64,000 nucleotides of DNA from Octopus bimaculoides. Taxonomy: Eukaryota. Each line of letters starts with the position of its first letter. The first letter of the stretch is position 1. Below the pieces are notes generated by a model that saw only the letters and a list, made by a program, of their open reading frames with translations, made no database searches and was not told where the DNA came from. Below, piece after piece: positions 1 to 12,618 of the stretch. The stretch covers positions 4,674,548 through 4,738,547 of the forward strand of contig NC_069000.1 in assembly GCF_001194135.2 (NCBI RefSeq), given 5' to 3'. A program made the position numbers and the translations under genes.

Positions 1-143
1 ATTTTATGTATGTATACACACACCCACATTATATACGCGTACTTATCGACGAATAAGATGGTGTTTCTCATTTTAAAATATAAAACAAAAAAAATGCCGT
101 GTTGTGTCTAAAGATGCTGCATTACGGAACGAGGCTGTACGTT

Positions 144-149
144 TTTATT
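144..149 (-). promoter_or_regulatory. Candidate AATAAA polyadenylation signal of the ShKT-like gene
   Basis: Plus-strand tttatt, about 320 nt downstream of the stop codon on the minus strand. Confidence 0.35.
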
Positions 150-467
150 CTAGGTATCGGGATAAGTACAAATCCGTTAGGTACATTAAACGTTACTAAT
201 CACAAAATATTAAAACAAGCCTAAATATCATAATCTGTTAACGTATCTCACCTCATTTGATGGTTGTGTTACCTTTAAGAAACATTTTTTTAATTATCTA
301 ATTGAAGACACTTCTAGAAACATGAAAGTAATGCTAATCTTTCATCTTCTAATCAGCTCTTTGCAATGCGTGGATTGCCAACAACACCATGGAGGTTGTG
401 AATCATCATGGTGTCCGAATGCTGCAACACAAAACGTCATAGTGAAAAAATGTTGACATCCTGTATA

Positions 468-508
468 TCAATTCTCTTGGCCACAGTAGTTACAAGTCTG
501 CAGACAAT
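468..508 (-). CDS. Terminal coding exon of a ShKT-like Cys-rich protein: (D)CLQTCNYCGQEN*
   Basis: Minus-strand acceptor attttcgttcag. Phase-1 reading gives C-x3-C-x2-C with T before C5 and an aromatic before C6, like the ShKT C-terminus (ShK CRKTCGTC). TGA stop at 468-470. Confidence 0.7.
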
Positions 509-1647
509 CTGAACGAAAATGACACTCATATACGTCACGAGTCTAACGTAATTTCGTAGTTTACTATACATTTATTGTTTTCGTTCTTTATTCCTGTGTA
601 GCGTCAGAATTTGTATTTTCGCCTGCAACTTCCAAATATCTTTCAATAAGAGAGTGATAAAATATATCAATATACGTGTAAAATGGGGTTAAGTTTTATA
701 TGAACGTGCGCCTTATACAGCGTCAGATAGAGGTTATACATACGTTTACATATTTTTCGCTCGCTGGTGATGTCCTGTACTTAATCTATATTTTTTCATT
801 TATATATGTATATACATGCACACACACACATCCCTTATACACATGTAGTATATATATATACATATATACATACGTACATATATATATATATATATATATA
901 TANNNNNNNNNNNNNNNNNNNNNNNNNNNNNNNNNNNNNNNNNNNNNNNNNNNNNNNNNNNNNNNNNNNNNNNNNNNNNNNNNNNNNNNNNNNNNNNNNN
1001 NNNNNNNNNNNNNNNNNNNNNNNNNNNNNNNNNNNNNNNNNNNNNNNNNNNNNNNNNNNNNNNNNNNNNNNNNNNNNNNNNNNNNNNNNNNNNNNNNNNN
1101 NNNNNNNNNNNNNNNNNNNNNNNNNNNNNNNNNNNNNNNNNNNNNNNNNNNNNNNNNNNNNNNNNNNNNNNNNNNNNNNNNNNNNNNNNNNNNNNNNNNN
1201 NNNNNNNNNNNNNNNNNNNNNNNNNNNNNNNNNNNNNNNNNNNNNNNNNNNNNNNNNNNNNNNNNNNNNNNNNNNNNNNNNNNNNNNNNNNNNNNNNNNN
1301 NNNNNNNNNNNNNNNNNNNNNNNNNNNNNNNNNNNNNNNNNNNNNNNNNNNNNNNNNNNNNNNNNNNNNNNNNNNNNNNNNNNNNNNNNNNNNNNNNNNN
1401 NNNNNNNNNNNNNNNNNNNNNNNNNNNNNNNNNNNNNNNNNNNNNNNNNNNNNNTATATATATATATATATATGTATATACACACATACACATATGTGAG
1501 CGCGTCTATCTCCGCGCGTGTGTGCGTGTGTTGATTTAAGTGTGTGTTGATTTTTGTGCGTATGAGTGCGTCTGTGTGTGAATATATACTGAAACATATT
1601 GATCGTTTTTTAACAAAATTTAGTTCAATCTTCCTTTGAAAAATTAC

Positions 1648-1664
1648 CGAATGTCATGACTTGT
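1648..1664 (-). CDS. 17-nt micro-exon of the same gene: (K)QVMTF(D)
   Basis: Acceptor tttctttacatag, donor ttcg|gtaatt. Phase 2 to 1 joins 468-508 in frame and supplies the ShKT M-x3-C motif. Confidence 0.65.
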
Positions 1665-2032
1665 CTATGTAAAGAAATAATTAGTTTTGTATATTGTTAA
1701 TTATATATTGTAAATATTTAGTTAAATATATATGTCTATTTCTTTCTTTAGTATGTTTGTTGATTTTGTATTGAGATAAATCTATATTTACTTACTTTCA
1801 TACTGTATATTATTTTTTGATTTTTAACTTAATCAGTTATCTTTTTTTTTTTGCAAATAAGTTTCTTTAATATTTTCCTGCTAAACGATACTATATTCAA
1901 AACGTGTTACAGTGTTTATTTTCACAACCCATCTTTTATATCAGCATTGGCTTTCTCTTTTTATCTTTTTTGTTTCTCTTCCCCCCCCCCACTCACAAAC
2001 TGACATACAAACAATGCCATTTCCGTTCATTG

Positions 2033-2077
<45 letters not shown>

Positions 2078-2301
2078 ACAAAGGTAGATAAACACAGTTA
2101 GGCTTGAGACATATATTTACATGGATCGAAAAATACAGGTTATAGAACAAAGAAAAAGAAATCAAAGCACGGAGAGGAAGATTATTTAAAATCTTATCTC
2201 GACAGCTGTATCTAGAGGGCTATAACTTACATAATAATCGTATTTTCCACTCTGCTCTTAAAAAAGAGACGTCTAACTTATATTAATAATTTGTTTGGTA
2301 C

Positions 2302-2329
2302 TTGTCACAAGACCCCCATCTATAGCAAC
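2302..2329 (-). CDS. 28-nt micro-exon of the same gene: (G)CYRWGSCD(K)
   Basis: Acceptor tatgtgtag, weak donor aa|gtacca. Phase 1 to 2 joins 1648-1664 in frame and gives C-x2-W plus C3. In-frame stops lie on both sides if unspliced. Confidence 0.55.
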
Positions 2330-2556
2330 CTACACATATAACTAATGAATATGATTATTACGGATGTTAGTGCCGTCTTGAAACAGGTGTCGAGATAACA
2401 CCTTTACATAATCCTTTTCTGCTATTTCGATTTTTTTTCCATATTTTGTAGTCTGTAGTTTGTAATCCATATAAATTTATGTCTCAAGCCTAATCGCTTT
2501 TATCTATCTTACTATTTTCATAACAACTCGATAATGTTTGTTCTTATAGCTTATAC

Positions 2557-2582
2557 CGAGACGGCAGAATTGGATGAAGAAG
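2557..2582 (-). CDS. Possible next upstream micro-exon: xFFIQFCRL(G)
   Basis: Acceptor ttgtattccag, donor tcg|gtataa. Phase 2 to 1 is compatible with 2302-2329, but the Cys spacing (C-x3-C) lacks the usual ShKT C1-x-D. Confidence 0.25.
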
Positions 2583-3216
2583 CTGGAATACAATTTCCCA
2601 TCCATTTTTGCACTGCTCTGCGTTGTGTTATTTATGCTGCACTTATTTTGCTTTCACCAACTGACATAGGCATGTATATTCATAAGTATATATATATACC
2701 TACGCATGTATATAGACATTTATATAGTACAAATATATACATACATACGTACACAATGTATAGATACCTACCTACCTGCGTATCTCCACCCACATGTACA
2801 TATACACACTTGAATATATATATATATATACACGCATACACATATATGTGTTTGTGTATGTGTAAGAGTGTGTGCGTGTGTGCGTGTGCGCATGATTGTG
2901 TGTGTTTACATACATACTGCCATTAGAATGATTAAAAATGTCAGAATATCAGATATTTCATTTATCGGGAGTCCCTCATTCCTTTCAGGTAATGTTTGCT
3001 GTTTTTTTTTTATATAAACACACATACGCACACATGCGTGCGCACATGCATAAGCGCGCACACATGAACACATTCAGAACCTCTAAAATATTAACATACG
3101 TCAGAATCGAAAGTAAATTTAATATTGACAAAAAAACAAAAACAACTCGCTTCCCACGCAGTTTTACACCCATTATAAACGCAAATGTTTTCTCCACAGG
3201 GCAATGCAGAAACATA

Positions 3217-3248
<32 letters not shown>

Positions 3249-3257
3249 GCACACGTT

Positions 3258-3852
3258 CAGGGAGCGGTGAATAAACTCGTCTAATTTACTCAAAAATGAA
3301 AATGGCACTGACAGCGCATTTTTACAGATATATTTACCAAAATTACATAAAAAATGTCTTGAAATACTGAAGAGTAAATTTATTTAATAAAATAACCATT
3401 CGCTTCAACCACGGCCTCTAGCCGACTTCGGAATCTCCTGCAACAATTCTGAACGGTCGCCTTGTTTAAATTGGTAAATGCTGCCATAATCCTTGCTTTC
3501 ACTTCATCTTTGGTTTTACAAGGAGTTTTGTTGGTCTGTTACTCAAATACGCTCCACATATAATAATCAAAGGGGTTGCAGTCTCGGAAGTTAGGTTTCC
3601 AGATGTCAGGGGTGGTGAGGCTGCAGAAATTTTCTGACAGCCATAACTGGGCTCTTCTACTCATGTGGCACGTTGCCAGACATGGGGTCTTCCAGCATTC
3701 ATCCTCTTGACCCAGAGCAGCACTACCTCCTCCAGGCACTTTGTGTAGGCTTCCGTGTTGAATCTGTGGCCGTGTGGGAAAATGATTGGAGGCATAACAT
3801 CGCCATCACTAATGATCACTCCAAACACCGTGATGTTGACTGGGTGTTTGAT
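3258..3852 (-). mobile_element. Tc1/mariner superfamily transposon 3' half, maT/DD37D-like, truncated by a microsatellite
   Basis: Minus strand reads [28 protein letters not shown]...RPHVWQ, then WLSENF...WKPNFRDCNPFDYYMW...RLEAVVEANGYFIK*. Probable terminal sequence cagggagcggtg at 3258. Confidence 0.9.
3380..3852 (-). pseudogene. Decayed DDD transposase C-terminal half
   Basis: A deletion/frameshift removes the second catalytic Asp region (QQDSAPCH-type motif), and there is an internal stop. Confidence 0.85.
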
Positions 3853-3879
3853 TTCTCTCTCTCTCTCTTTCTCTCTCTG

Positions 3880-3946
<67 letters not shown>

Positions 3947-4513
3947 GATTGCCTGCCTGTCTGTCTCTCTCTCTCTCTATCTGTCTATCTGTGTATCTAT
4001 ATCCATCCATCCATCTATCTATCTATCTATCTGCTCATTCATAAGCACCCACCCACGCACACACACACACCACACACACACATACACACACGCACCACAC
4101 ATACACACACACATACACACACAGACACACACAAACACACATCACTGAACGTTTCACTATAAAACACCGTTTGCAAACATAACGAAACTGGAGAGATGCA
4201 AAAATAAAAAAAAAAACATATACATCGAAAAAAAAACAACAACAAAAGCACGGAAAAGCAAAAAGAAAAGAAGCAGAGAATTCATGCAAGAGGGAAGTAT
4301 GTCCATATGTCTATGGCAGTAAAACAATAAGCCAAAACAAAAAAGACCCCAAATAAAATAAGAACAAAAAAAAAAAAACGAAAACTCCACCAAAATATAT
4401 TAAGCATTATATTACGTTTGGATTTCGAATACAGAAAGAATGGCAGAACATTTCAAACTTATCATCTACAAATATCAGAATCCACCATAGAAAGAAACAA
4501 CCGCAACTGTTAC

Positions 4514-4573
4514 CTTTGGCGAAGTAGGACATCCATAATGAAATTCGCTTGGAAGTAAATAACGAATATAAAA
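4514..4573 (-). CDS. Candidate 60-nt exon, frame unresolved (phase 0: FYIRYLLPSEFHYGCPTSPK)
   Basis: Strong acceptor ttttctcttttatag and donor aag|gtaaca. All three frames are open; no homology recognised. Confidence 0.2.
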
Positions 4574-4682
4574 CTATAAAAGAGAAAACATACCACCGCA
4601 TAAACCATAACAAACGGACAATAAATGGAAGACGGGGGAAACCCAGAAAAAAGCATGTATCTATCTGCACCTATATCTAAAC

Positions 4683-4776
<94 letters not shown>

Positions 4777-4905
4777 GTACCTATGTACGTATATGTATCT
4801 ATGTAGATATATGTATATGAATATCTATCCATCTATCTATATATTTATATTCATATACATATATAAGCATATATATATGCAAATACACACATACATATGC
4901 ACACG

Positions 4906-4965
<60 letters not shown>

Positions 4966-5224
4966 ATTGATAATAATACATATATACATTCATACATACA
5001 CACACACACACACATATATGTATATATATATATACATATCCATATAAATATATACATTCATTCATACATATATACGTACATACCTACATACCTACACAGA
5101 CACACATATATATATATCTATATAAATATATTACGTATATATATATAAGTTTTTTATATATACATACAAATATATATATGCATATATATATATATATANN
5201 NNNNNNNNNNNNNNNNNNNNNNNN

Positions 5225-5278
<54 letters not shown>

Positions 5279-6224
5279 CATATATATACATGTATGTTTG
5301 TGCTTCTGTCTGTATGAGTATATTTATGTTACAGATTAGTATTCAGTAGTATAGAAGAACATGTAAGGAACTAATAAAAAACAACATGTACCACAGATGA
5401 AAGAATATCTCTTGTTTGGAAATTAAATTAGATAAGATATTCACTATTGATATGATAATGGAATAGAATCTGGTTCTTTGGTTATCTGGTTATTCGATTC
5501 TCAATGGAATAGCGCTGCAGAAAGAGGCTAATTCCTATCCAACATCGATGGTATAACTTCATAAACTAATCAACCTTGGTGACTATAGCAGTTGCCATTG
5601 TGTGTATCTTAGATCCATATCTAAGATACATGTGTCGTAGATACAAAGCTTAGATACGACCTCTGTGGAGCTACATGGAACTACATGATTTCCTAAACAT
5701 GTAGTAGTAGATTCAGAAGGCATAGATGATGGGGATGGTGCAGCGTGAAGTATATATAGAATTTTGGTTAAAAAAGTTTGCTGATATTTGTCAGCAGGAA
5801 ACAATCGGTACCAGAGAAGTTGTAATAGAATTAAAAAAAAAAAAAACTGAAACAAACATATATTGAAAAAAAAAATGTGTATCCATCTCTATCTCTGAAG
5901 AATCGAGAGCTCACTCTTCCATTTAGTTAACAGCGTTTATCTCTCTCTCTCTTTCACTTTATANNNNNNNNNNNNNNNNNNNNNNNNNNNNNNNNNNNNN
6001 NNNNNNNNNNNNNNNNNNNNNNNNNNNNNNNNNNNNNNNNNNNNNNNNNNNNNNNNNNNNNNNNNNNNNNNNNNNNNNNNNNNNNNNNNNNNNNNNNNNN
6101 NNNNNNNNNNNNNNNNNNNNNNNNNNNNNNNNNNNNNNNNNNNNNNNNNNNNNNNNNNNNNNNNNNNNNNNNNNNNNNNNNNNNNNNNNNNNNNNNNNNN
6201 NNNNNNNNNNNNNNNNNNNNNNNN

Positions 6225-6344
6225 CAGTTTCCACTCATTTACTTCTAAAGTAGCTCGGAAAACTGAGAGCCAATGACTATTGAAAAGGCTGCAATACGCA
6301 ACGAAAACTTTTAGTAAAAGTAAGAAGTAAATGAGTGGAAACTG
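6225..6344. mobile_element. 120-bp element with perfect 22-bp terminal inverted repeats (MITE-like)
   Basis: cagtttccactcatttacttct (6225-6246) is the exact reverse complement of 6323-6344. The left end abuts an N gap. Confidence 0.55.
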
Positions 6345-6374
6345 AACCGGTGCGTGTGTTAAATAATAAGGCAT

Positions 6375-6575
6375 CATCTTGTGATGGTGGTGGATGTGGT
6401 GGTGGTGCTGTTGTTGTGGTTGTTGTGATGGTGGTGGTGGTGCTGTGATGGTGGCGGTGGTGCTGTGATGATGGTAGTGGTGGTGTGGTGCTGCTGCTCT
6501 TGTGATGGTGGTGGTGGTGCTGTTGCTGCTACGGTTGCTGTGATGGTGGTCGTAGTGGTGCTGGCGATGGTAGCA
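6375..6575. repeat. (TGG/TGC/TGA)-type trinucleotide low-complexity tract
   Basis: Recurrent ggtggtgctgtgat units; source of the spurious His/Thr-rich ORFs. Confidence 0.85.
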
Positions 6576-6914
6576 GCAGTTGTTATGATTTTCATTTTTG
6601 TCGTACACTAAATAGGTCTTTACGTACAAAAGTAGAACTTGCAAGCGAACATTATAATGTGTTCACACTTCCACACACATTGACACATTCACACATTTGA
6701 AGAATCGTCCCCAAGGACAGTCAAGCCAACAGTGAAAACCTTTGAGAGAAGAAATGGCTCAGCCTCCTCCATGCAAAATGAAAGGTCTATAGAGACGTTA
6801 TGTTGTCAGTTTTTATCTGTACGCCCGAGGGACATGAACTGCTAGCAAAATGTAGACCGAATCCAATAGATTTCACTCGAATCGCTTTATCGTTTGTCAG
6901 TTATATTTTATCGT

Positions 6915-7110
6915 ATCTTTAAGTTGTTTCAGCTTTAGACGAAGAATTCCATCGCATCGCTTTTTTTGTATATGTTTCTTTTTATGAGACTGGTATTTAC
7001 TCCATCGGTGTCTTTTCTCGAGTCACCAAGTTAGGGAGACGTAAAAAAAGCAAACATCAGTTCTCAAGCATTGGTGGTAGACAAATAGAATACAAACGCG
7101 AAGGCACACA
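6915..7110 (+). mobile_element. Degenerate copy of a second SINE-like family (tail ...gacgtaaa...gacaaa..(CA)n)
   Basis: Similar to 11365-11540, 37586-37680 and 46929-47070 in this window. Confidence 0.5.
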
Positions 7111-7121
7111 CTTAGAGTATC

Positions 7122-7335
7122 CTTTTCTACTCTAGGCACAAGGCCCGAAATTTGCGGGGAGGGAGACAGTCGATTACATCGACCCCAGTGCATAACTGGT
7201 ACTTAATTTGTTGACCCCGAAAAGATGAAAGGCAAAGTCGACCGCGGCCGAATTCGGACTCAGAACGTAAAGAAAGACGAAATACCGCTAAGCATATCAC
7301 CCGGCGTGCTAACGTTTCTCCCAGCTCGACGCCTT
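7122..7335 (-). mobile_element. Full-length tRNA-derived SINE, family 1
   Basis: Same cgaccccgaaaggatgaaaggcaaagtcgac body and A/B-box-like head as about 14 other copies here. Confidence 0.9.
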
Positions 7336-7352
7336 TATATAATATATATTCG

Positions 7353-7661
7353 TTTCTACTCCAGGCACAAGAACCGAAATTTCTAGGAAGGTGGAGCCAG
7401 GCAATTAGATCGACCCCAGTACGTAACTGATACTTAATTTGTTGACCCCGAAAGGATGAAAGGCACGGTCGATCTCTGCGGAATTTGAACTCAGAACATG
7501 CAGACAGACGAAATACCGCTAAGCGTTATCATCCAGTGTGCTAATGTTTCTTATTTCTTTACTGCCCACAAGAGGTTACACACAAAGGGGACAAACAAGG
7601 ACAGACAAACAGATTAAGTCGATTATATCAACCTCAGTGCCTTGTGCCTAGAGTAGAAAAG
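7353..7661 (-). mobile_element. SINE family 1 copy plus linker, partial second unit and inverted 3' tail fragment
   Basis: SINE body 7353-7549. Linker 7550-7615 is shared with 50358-50420. 7640-7661 is the exact reverse complement of 7122-7143. Confidence 0.85.
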
Positions 7662-8923
7662 TATATTTAACAGCAGAGTATCACAGAGTATTGTATATTT
7701 TAATCTTCTTGTCTTGCTCAGAGTATTCCAACGAGTATCAAACGTTTCTCTTGAAGTCTAGTCCTGTTCCTTTGCTGAGTAGTGTTCCTACATTTACTCT
7801 GTATTGTAAAACGTGTTGTGAAGTTCTTTTATAATTTAATCTCAAGTCATTTCTTCCCGTCGGCTCAAACATCAACGAAACACAAAAATGAACCTGGTGT
7901 CAGTTTTATATATTTCTTTTGGTAATTTTTTATTCCTCAAAAACCAAAGAAGAAAAATAAAATAAAAATAAATAAATACACTTGACACCAACTAAAACCA
8001 AAACCAAATTTTGCCTGCGAGCATTGAAATCGTAAGACTCTGCTATTTAATCTCGATGAACTTAACACCCCCAATTAAGATTAACTATCCAAAAGGCATT
8101 TGGGTTTAATTTCGTATTTTTGTTATCATCATTTCTGTCTTATGTTGTTGTTTTTTCTTCTGTCCTTTTAATTTGTATTTTTTTTTCTTATTGTTTATCT
8201 TTCAGAATAATTTTCTGATAGCTTTATCTGCTTGTCTGTTTATCTGTTGATTTTTTTTTTTTTTTTTTTTTTGGTTAGTATTTTTGTTATTGATGCTTAG
8301 CCAGAAGCTAGCCATCAAATAGAATAGGAGTGCAGCGCCCTCTGATCGAAAATGAACAGATCATGGCACTGCTGTTCCTCATATTACGACTACATTGTGT
8401 CCTTGAATCATTTTCCATATCTTTAAGACATCAAGGTGTGAATTGAGGTAAATTTGACTGTTAATTCCCGCAGCTCGAGTTAATAACAAGTGATTTTCAC
8501 GTGAGGCTGAGCTGTTAATTGTACTGCGATATACCGCCAGTAAAACTTGAACGTGCAACGAGCAAACTACGAGCGAAATTGTTCCAGCAATGGCAAATCA
8601 GCCTTCATGTGTGTACAGGATGTGGGTAGAAGTAGGTTCACATTTACTGTTTATTCCAACACAAAATACACAGCATCTCGTTATCTGTCACGTTGTCCGT
8701 CGTTATTCTCAAAACTGAAAATTTTAAATAAGACTTTCGGCCTAGTCTTGCACCACATTGTGTAAAAATAACAAAAGGGTCAAAGGTTTTCTCCAGCCAT
8801 AGGTTCATAAGGCCGGCTTCCTGGAGTCTGTAGCGTATGTGCTTTCCATCCGGAAATATATACTATTTACAAGTGCGTATCTGTATGTGTGTTTACATAT
8901 ATACACACAAATATATGCATTCG

Positions 8924-8958
<35 letters not shown>

Positions 8959-9749
8959 TTGTGCGTGTATGTATATGCATACAGACAGAGACGCACACGC
9001 GCATGTGTGCTTATATATATGTGTCTTTCTATATATATCTACATGTATATATATGTTTACACACACATATATATATATATGTGTGTGTGTGTGTGGTTGT
9101 GTGTATATATATATATGTATGCATGTATGCTTCTCTATGTATATGTATGTAAACGTATACATACGCAAATACGTGCGCGTATATACATTACATATATTAT
9201 TCATGCATCTAAAACATTTTAAAAATTAAAAGATTTCCACACACGCAGAGGATATCAAATAGTTTATTGTGGATCAATGTTTCACTGTTAGTAGGAAGGT
9301 AAAACAAAGCAGAAAACAACCACAAAAACGACAACAACAACAATACCAACAAATCTCTGCTATCTGTCTGCTTATTGGTTGATCGCTTGGCTGGTTGGCT
9401 GTTCTGTCGGTTGGTGCGGTTCAGTTAGTTTTAGTTGTGTTTAGCTTATGTATCTTGTTATTATATTATATATGTTTGTTTCTTTGTTTGTACTAAAATG
9501 CCATAAACAAATACAGCAGCTATTTTCTGTAAAACTTTTTATGAGTTTCATTCATGACAACCGTCAATTCGTTTGTTTGTTTTTCTGCCTATATTAATCT
9601 CTTATAGACACGAAACCTATTGATATACTACTAATTTTATAATGTTTTGCAAAGCTATTGATTCAACTAAGATACTATTTTTTTCCTCCTTTATATAGTC
9701 CATACACGCTCTACCTCTTCTCCAGCTTTTCTCCTCTCCATATAACACA

Positions 9750-9791
<42 letters not shown>

Positions 9792-10911
9792 TTCTTCCTA
9801 TCTCTCTCGGTTTGCGTCTCCATCTTTCTATTTCTCTCTCACTGTATTCCTATCTGTCAGTCTCTGGTTTTTCTCCATCCAACTCTGACATTCATATTAA
9901 ATAAAGCATCAACAAGAACGGAAATACTAAAAGACAATGTTCTTTCCATTGTTTTAGATTTTTTATTACAAGCATCGCTTTATAGCTGTGGGTTTTCGGG
10001 CTATGGTAGCCAAGGGGCTATGGATATAAGCATATGCCAATGGTCACTAGGGCATATGGCTTTGTTTTTGTACTTCTTTGTAAAGAAGGTACACTAAAAA
10101 TAGACGCAGTTTATTGCAGTTATATAGCTTAGTATTTTATTTATGTTTTATAGAAGGAGGTTCATGAAAGTACAACAAATACAGATAAATACATACATAC
10201 ATACATACATACATACATACGTACTTAAATACATATGCATATATATAGATGTGTGCGTGTGTAGATATGTATATGTACACATATATACTTTTATACATAC
10301 ATACATATATATGTATGCATATATGAGTGAATATCTATGTAATGTGTATGTGTGTATATGTGTGTTGGTGTGTGTGATCGTATCAAAGACGTTTTCTATC
10401 AGACATTTTCAATGTAGCGTATACAGCAAAAATATTTCCGCTTTTAATATAGCATGAATGGGCTATAACACACGTACATACATACATGCATACGTTCATA
10501 CATGCATACATACATACATGCATGCGTACATACATAAATACATACATTCATGCACATACACACATACAAGTAAGAGTAAGGTATTACACTCCATTCGAGA
10601 GTGAGACTCTAACTCGTGAGTTCAGATGCTATAGGAAGTATTCGGTTAATCCTTACTCATCTTCTCTCTCAGGGGCTGTAATACAAGTGTTACAGCACTT
10701 GTCAGGTAACCTAGCTATGAGTCAAAGAACAGATGATTCTGTAGCTAAACTAAACAGTACCGGAAGGAGGAAAACCAACGTCCGGGAGATGTAACAGGAC
10801 CTGCGACCGGTGTGAGGAAATGTCTTCGTGTCATATGTGTCAGCTCCCATGTTCAAGGGCGGAAGCTGCTTTGTGATTCAAGGGCAAATAGAACCGGAAA
10901 CTTGGAGCACG

Positions 10912-10956
<45 letters not shown>

Positions 10957-10978
10957 TATCATATATATCTACATACAT

Positions 10979-11034
<56 letters not shown>

Positions 11035-11364
11035 CTAATACATACGTGGGTTACTGCGAATATTTATAACTTCACATCTACATTTGCAAATGTGTAAATT
11101 GAAAGTTGACATTTATGGCCTGTGTAAGAGACTGCCGTTATTATAAGTTACGAGACACTATGACCGAATCGATGAGGGCGAAGTGTTCCATTCAACGCCG
11201 TGTTTTACAACGATCCTCTTTCAGTTGGCGGTGGCCGAGGTAGGATCGATCGTGCAACCCCCTATAGAGCGTCTACAAAATATTAGGTATTACAGAGCGT
11301 CTTTGTGCGGGTCGAAGAGATGATAACTTACCGATCTGTCTATGGGGTATATTTTGAAGCGCTT

Positions 11365-11540
11365 TCACTCGTTTCAGTCGCTGGACTGCGGCCATACTGC
11401 AGCAGGAACGCCTTGAAGGGCTTCGTTGAAAATATTGACACAAGTGCGTATTCAATAGATTTCTTTAATTGAATCTCTAATACGCGAGGACGTAAGCAAA
11501 CCAACGACGTCTTTGTGGGGCGTGCACAAACACAAAGACA
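11365..11540 (+). mobile_element. SINE-like family 2 copy (cactcgtttcagtc...gactgcggccat...ccttgaaggg)
   Basis: Aligns with 46929-47070 and ends in the gacgtaa...(CA)n tail seen at 37586-37680. Confidence 0.65.
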
Positions 11541-11610
11541 TACGCACACACATATTTGTATGTGTGTGAATGTATATACGTATATGTCTGTGGATCTATC
11601 TATCTATCCG

Positions 11611-11657
<47 letters not shown>

Positions 11658-12534
11658 GCCTTTCCTTTTTTTTTTTCCGATCCCTTTTGATCGAACTCCC
11701 CCTTTTTCCCTTCCTACGATCCCTTTTGATCGACACCACCCCCTTTTTTTTTTCCTTCCTTCCCCCTCCCAAAAAGAAAAGCTCTACATTGTATTTGTCC
11801 CATCTTCGTTGAGCCCTGTGTGGCTAATAAAAGAAATGCATCTATCTGCCTGTCTTTCTATCTGTTTCTAAGATAGAAAAAGGTAAGTACTCAGATATAA
11901 ATGAACATTAAGTGGTTTCAATCACAACTCTATCGTCGGAGTTCCGGTGACCTTGCTTATCGTAATAGTCAGCATTCCACCTTATTATTTTAATATAGCA
12001 TGCAGTCGTTTGCATTAAAAATTCATGCACGCCATCTTTGAAAGGCGTTTTCCATTGTTACTTCATCAAACCATTTGATACCTCTGCTAACTGGAGTTGT
12101 GTTTATGAAGAACTCAACGGCTAGGAACGGATATATTAATAGACAGACTTAATTAAATCATTAAATAATTCAAAATTCTTAGAAAAATATATCAATACAT
12201 TTAGAATTTAGAATATATAAATATATATTGGTATATTTCTAGCAGATATTTTAATATCGTGTGTGTTATAACATGATTCGTCGCTCGAAAGCTATCTCTC
12301 TAAGATAAGAGTAAATAGACATGATTTAGTCATTTAAATATTTTATAAAAGAAAAACAACAAAAGAGGGAAGTAGGAAAATGGGTGGTGGTGGTGGTGGT
12401 GGTAATAAGTATGCTGAAAAGATTGGTGGAATTAAGTAGGAAAGTATATTATATGTATATGCATCTACGTATCAGTATGAATGTGTATGTGTATGCGATA
12501 TTTACATCATATGGTCATATGCGTATGTCAGTCT

Positions 12535-12618
<84 letters not shown>

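Noticed and set aside
2362-2376. 15-nt minus-strand segment (DGTNIR) that would supply the ShKT Asp
   Set aside because: It needs a 32-nt intron to join 2302-2329, too short to be plausible here.
2550-2669. Plus-strand reading LIPRRQNWMKKLEYNFPSIFALLCVVLFMLHLFCFHQLT*
   Set aside because: No recognisable homology or linked exons, and it lies antisense within the better-supported minus-strand gene.
5476-5498. tctttggttatct, identical to the first 13 nt of miR-9
   Set aside because: The rest diverges from miR-9, I see no complementary star arm, and it lies in a tggtt-repetitive patch.
5603-5630. 12-bp perfect hairpin tgtatcttagat-ccat-atctaagataca
   Set aside because: Short and AT-rich; no supporting context.
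11678-11733. 17-bp direct repeat cgatcccttttgatcga, twice
   Set aside because: Only two copies in a pyrimidine tract; local slippage, not CRISPR-like.
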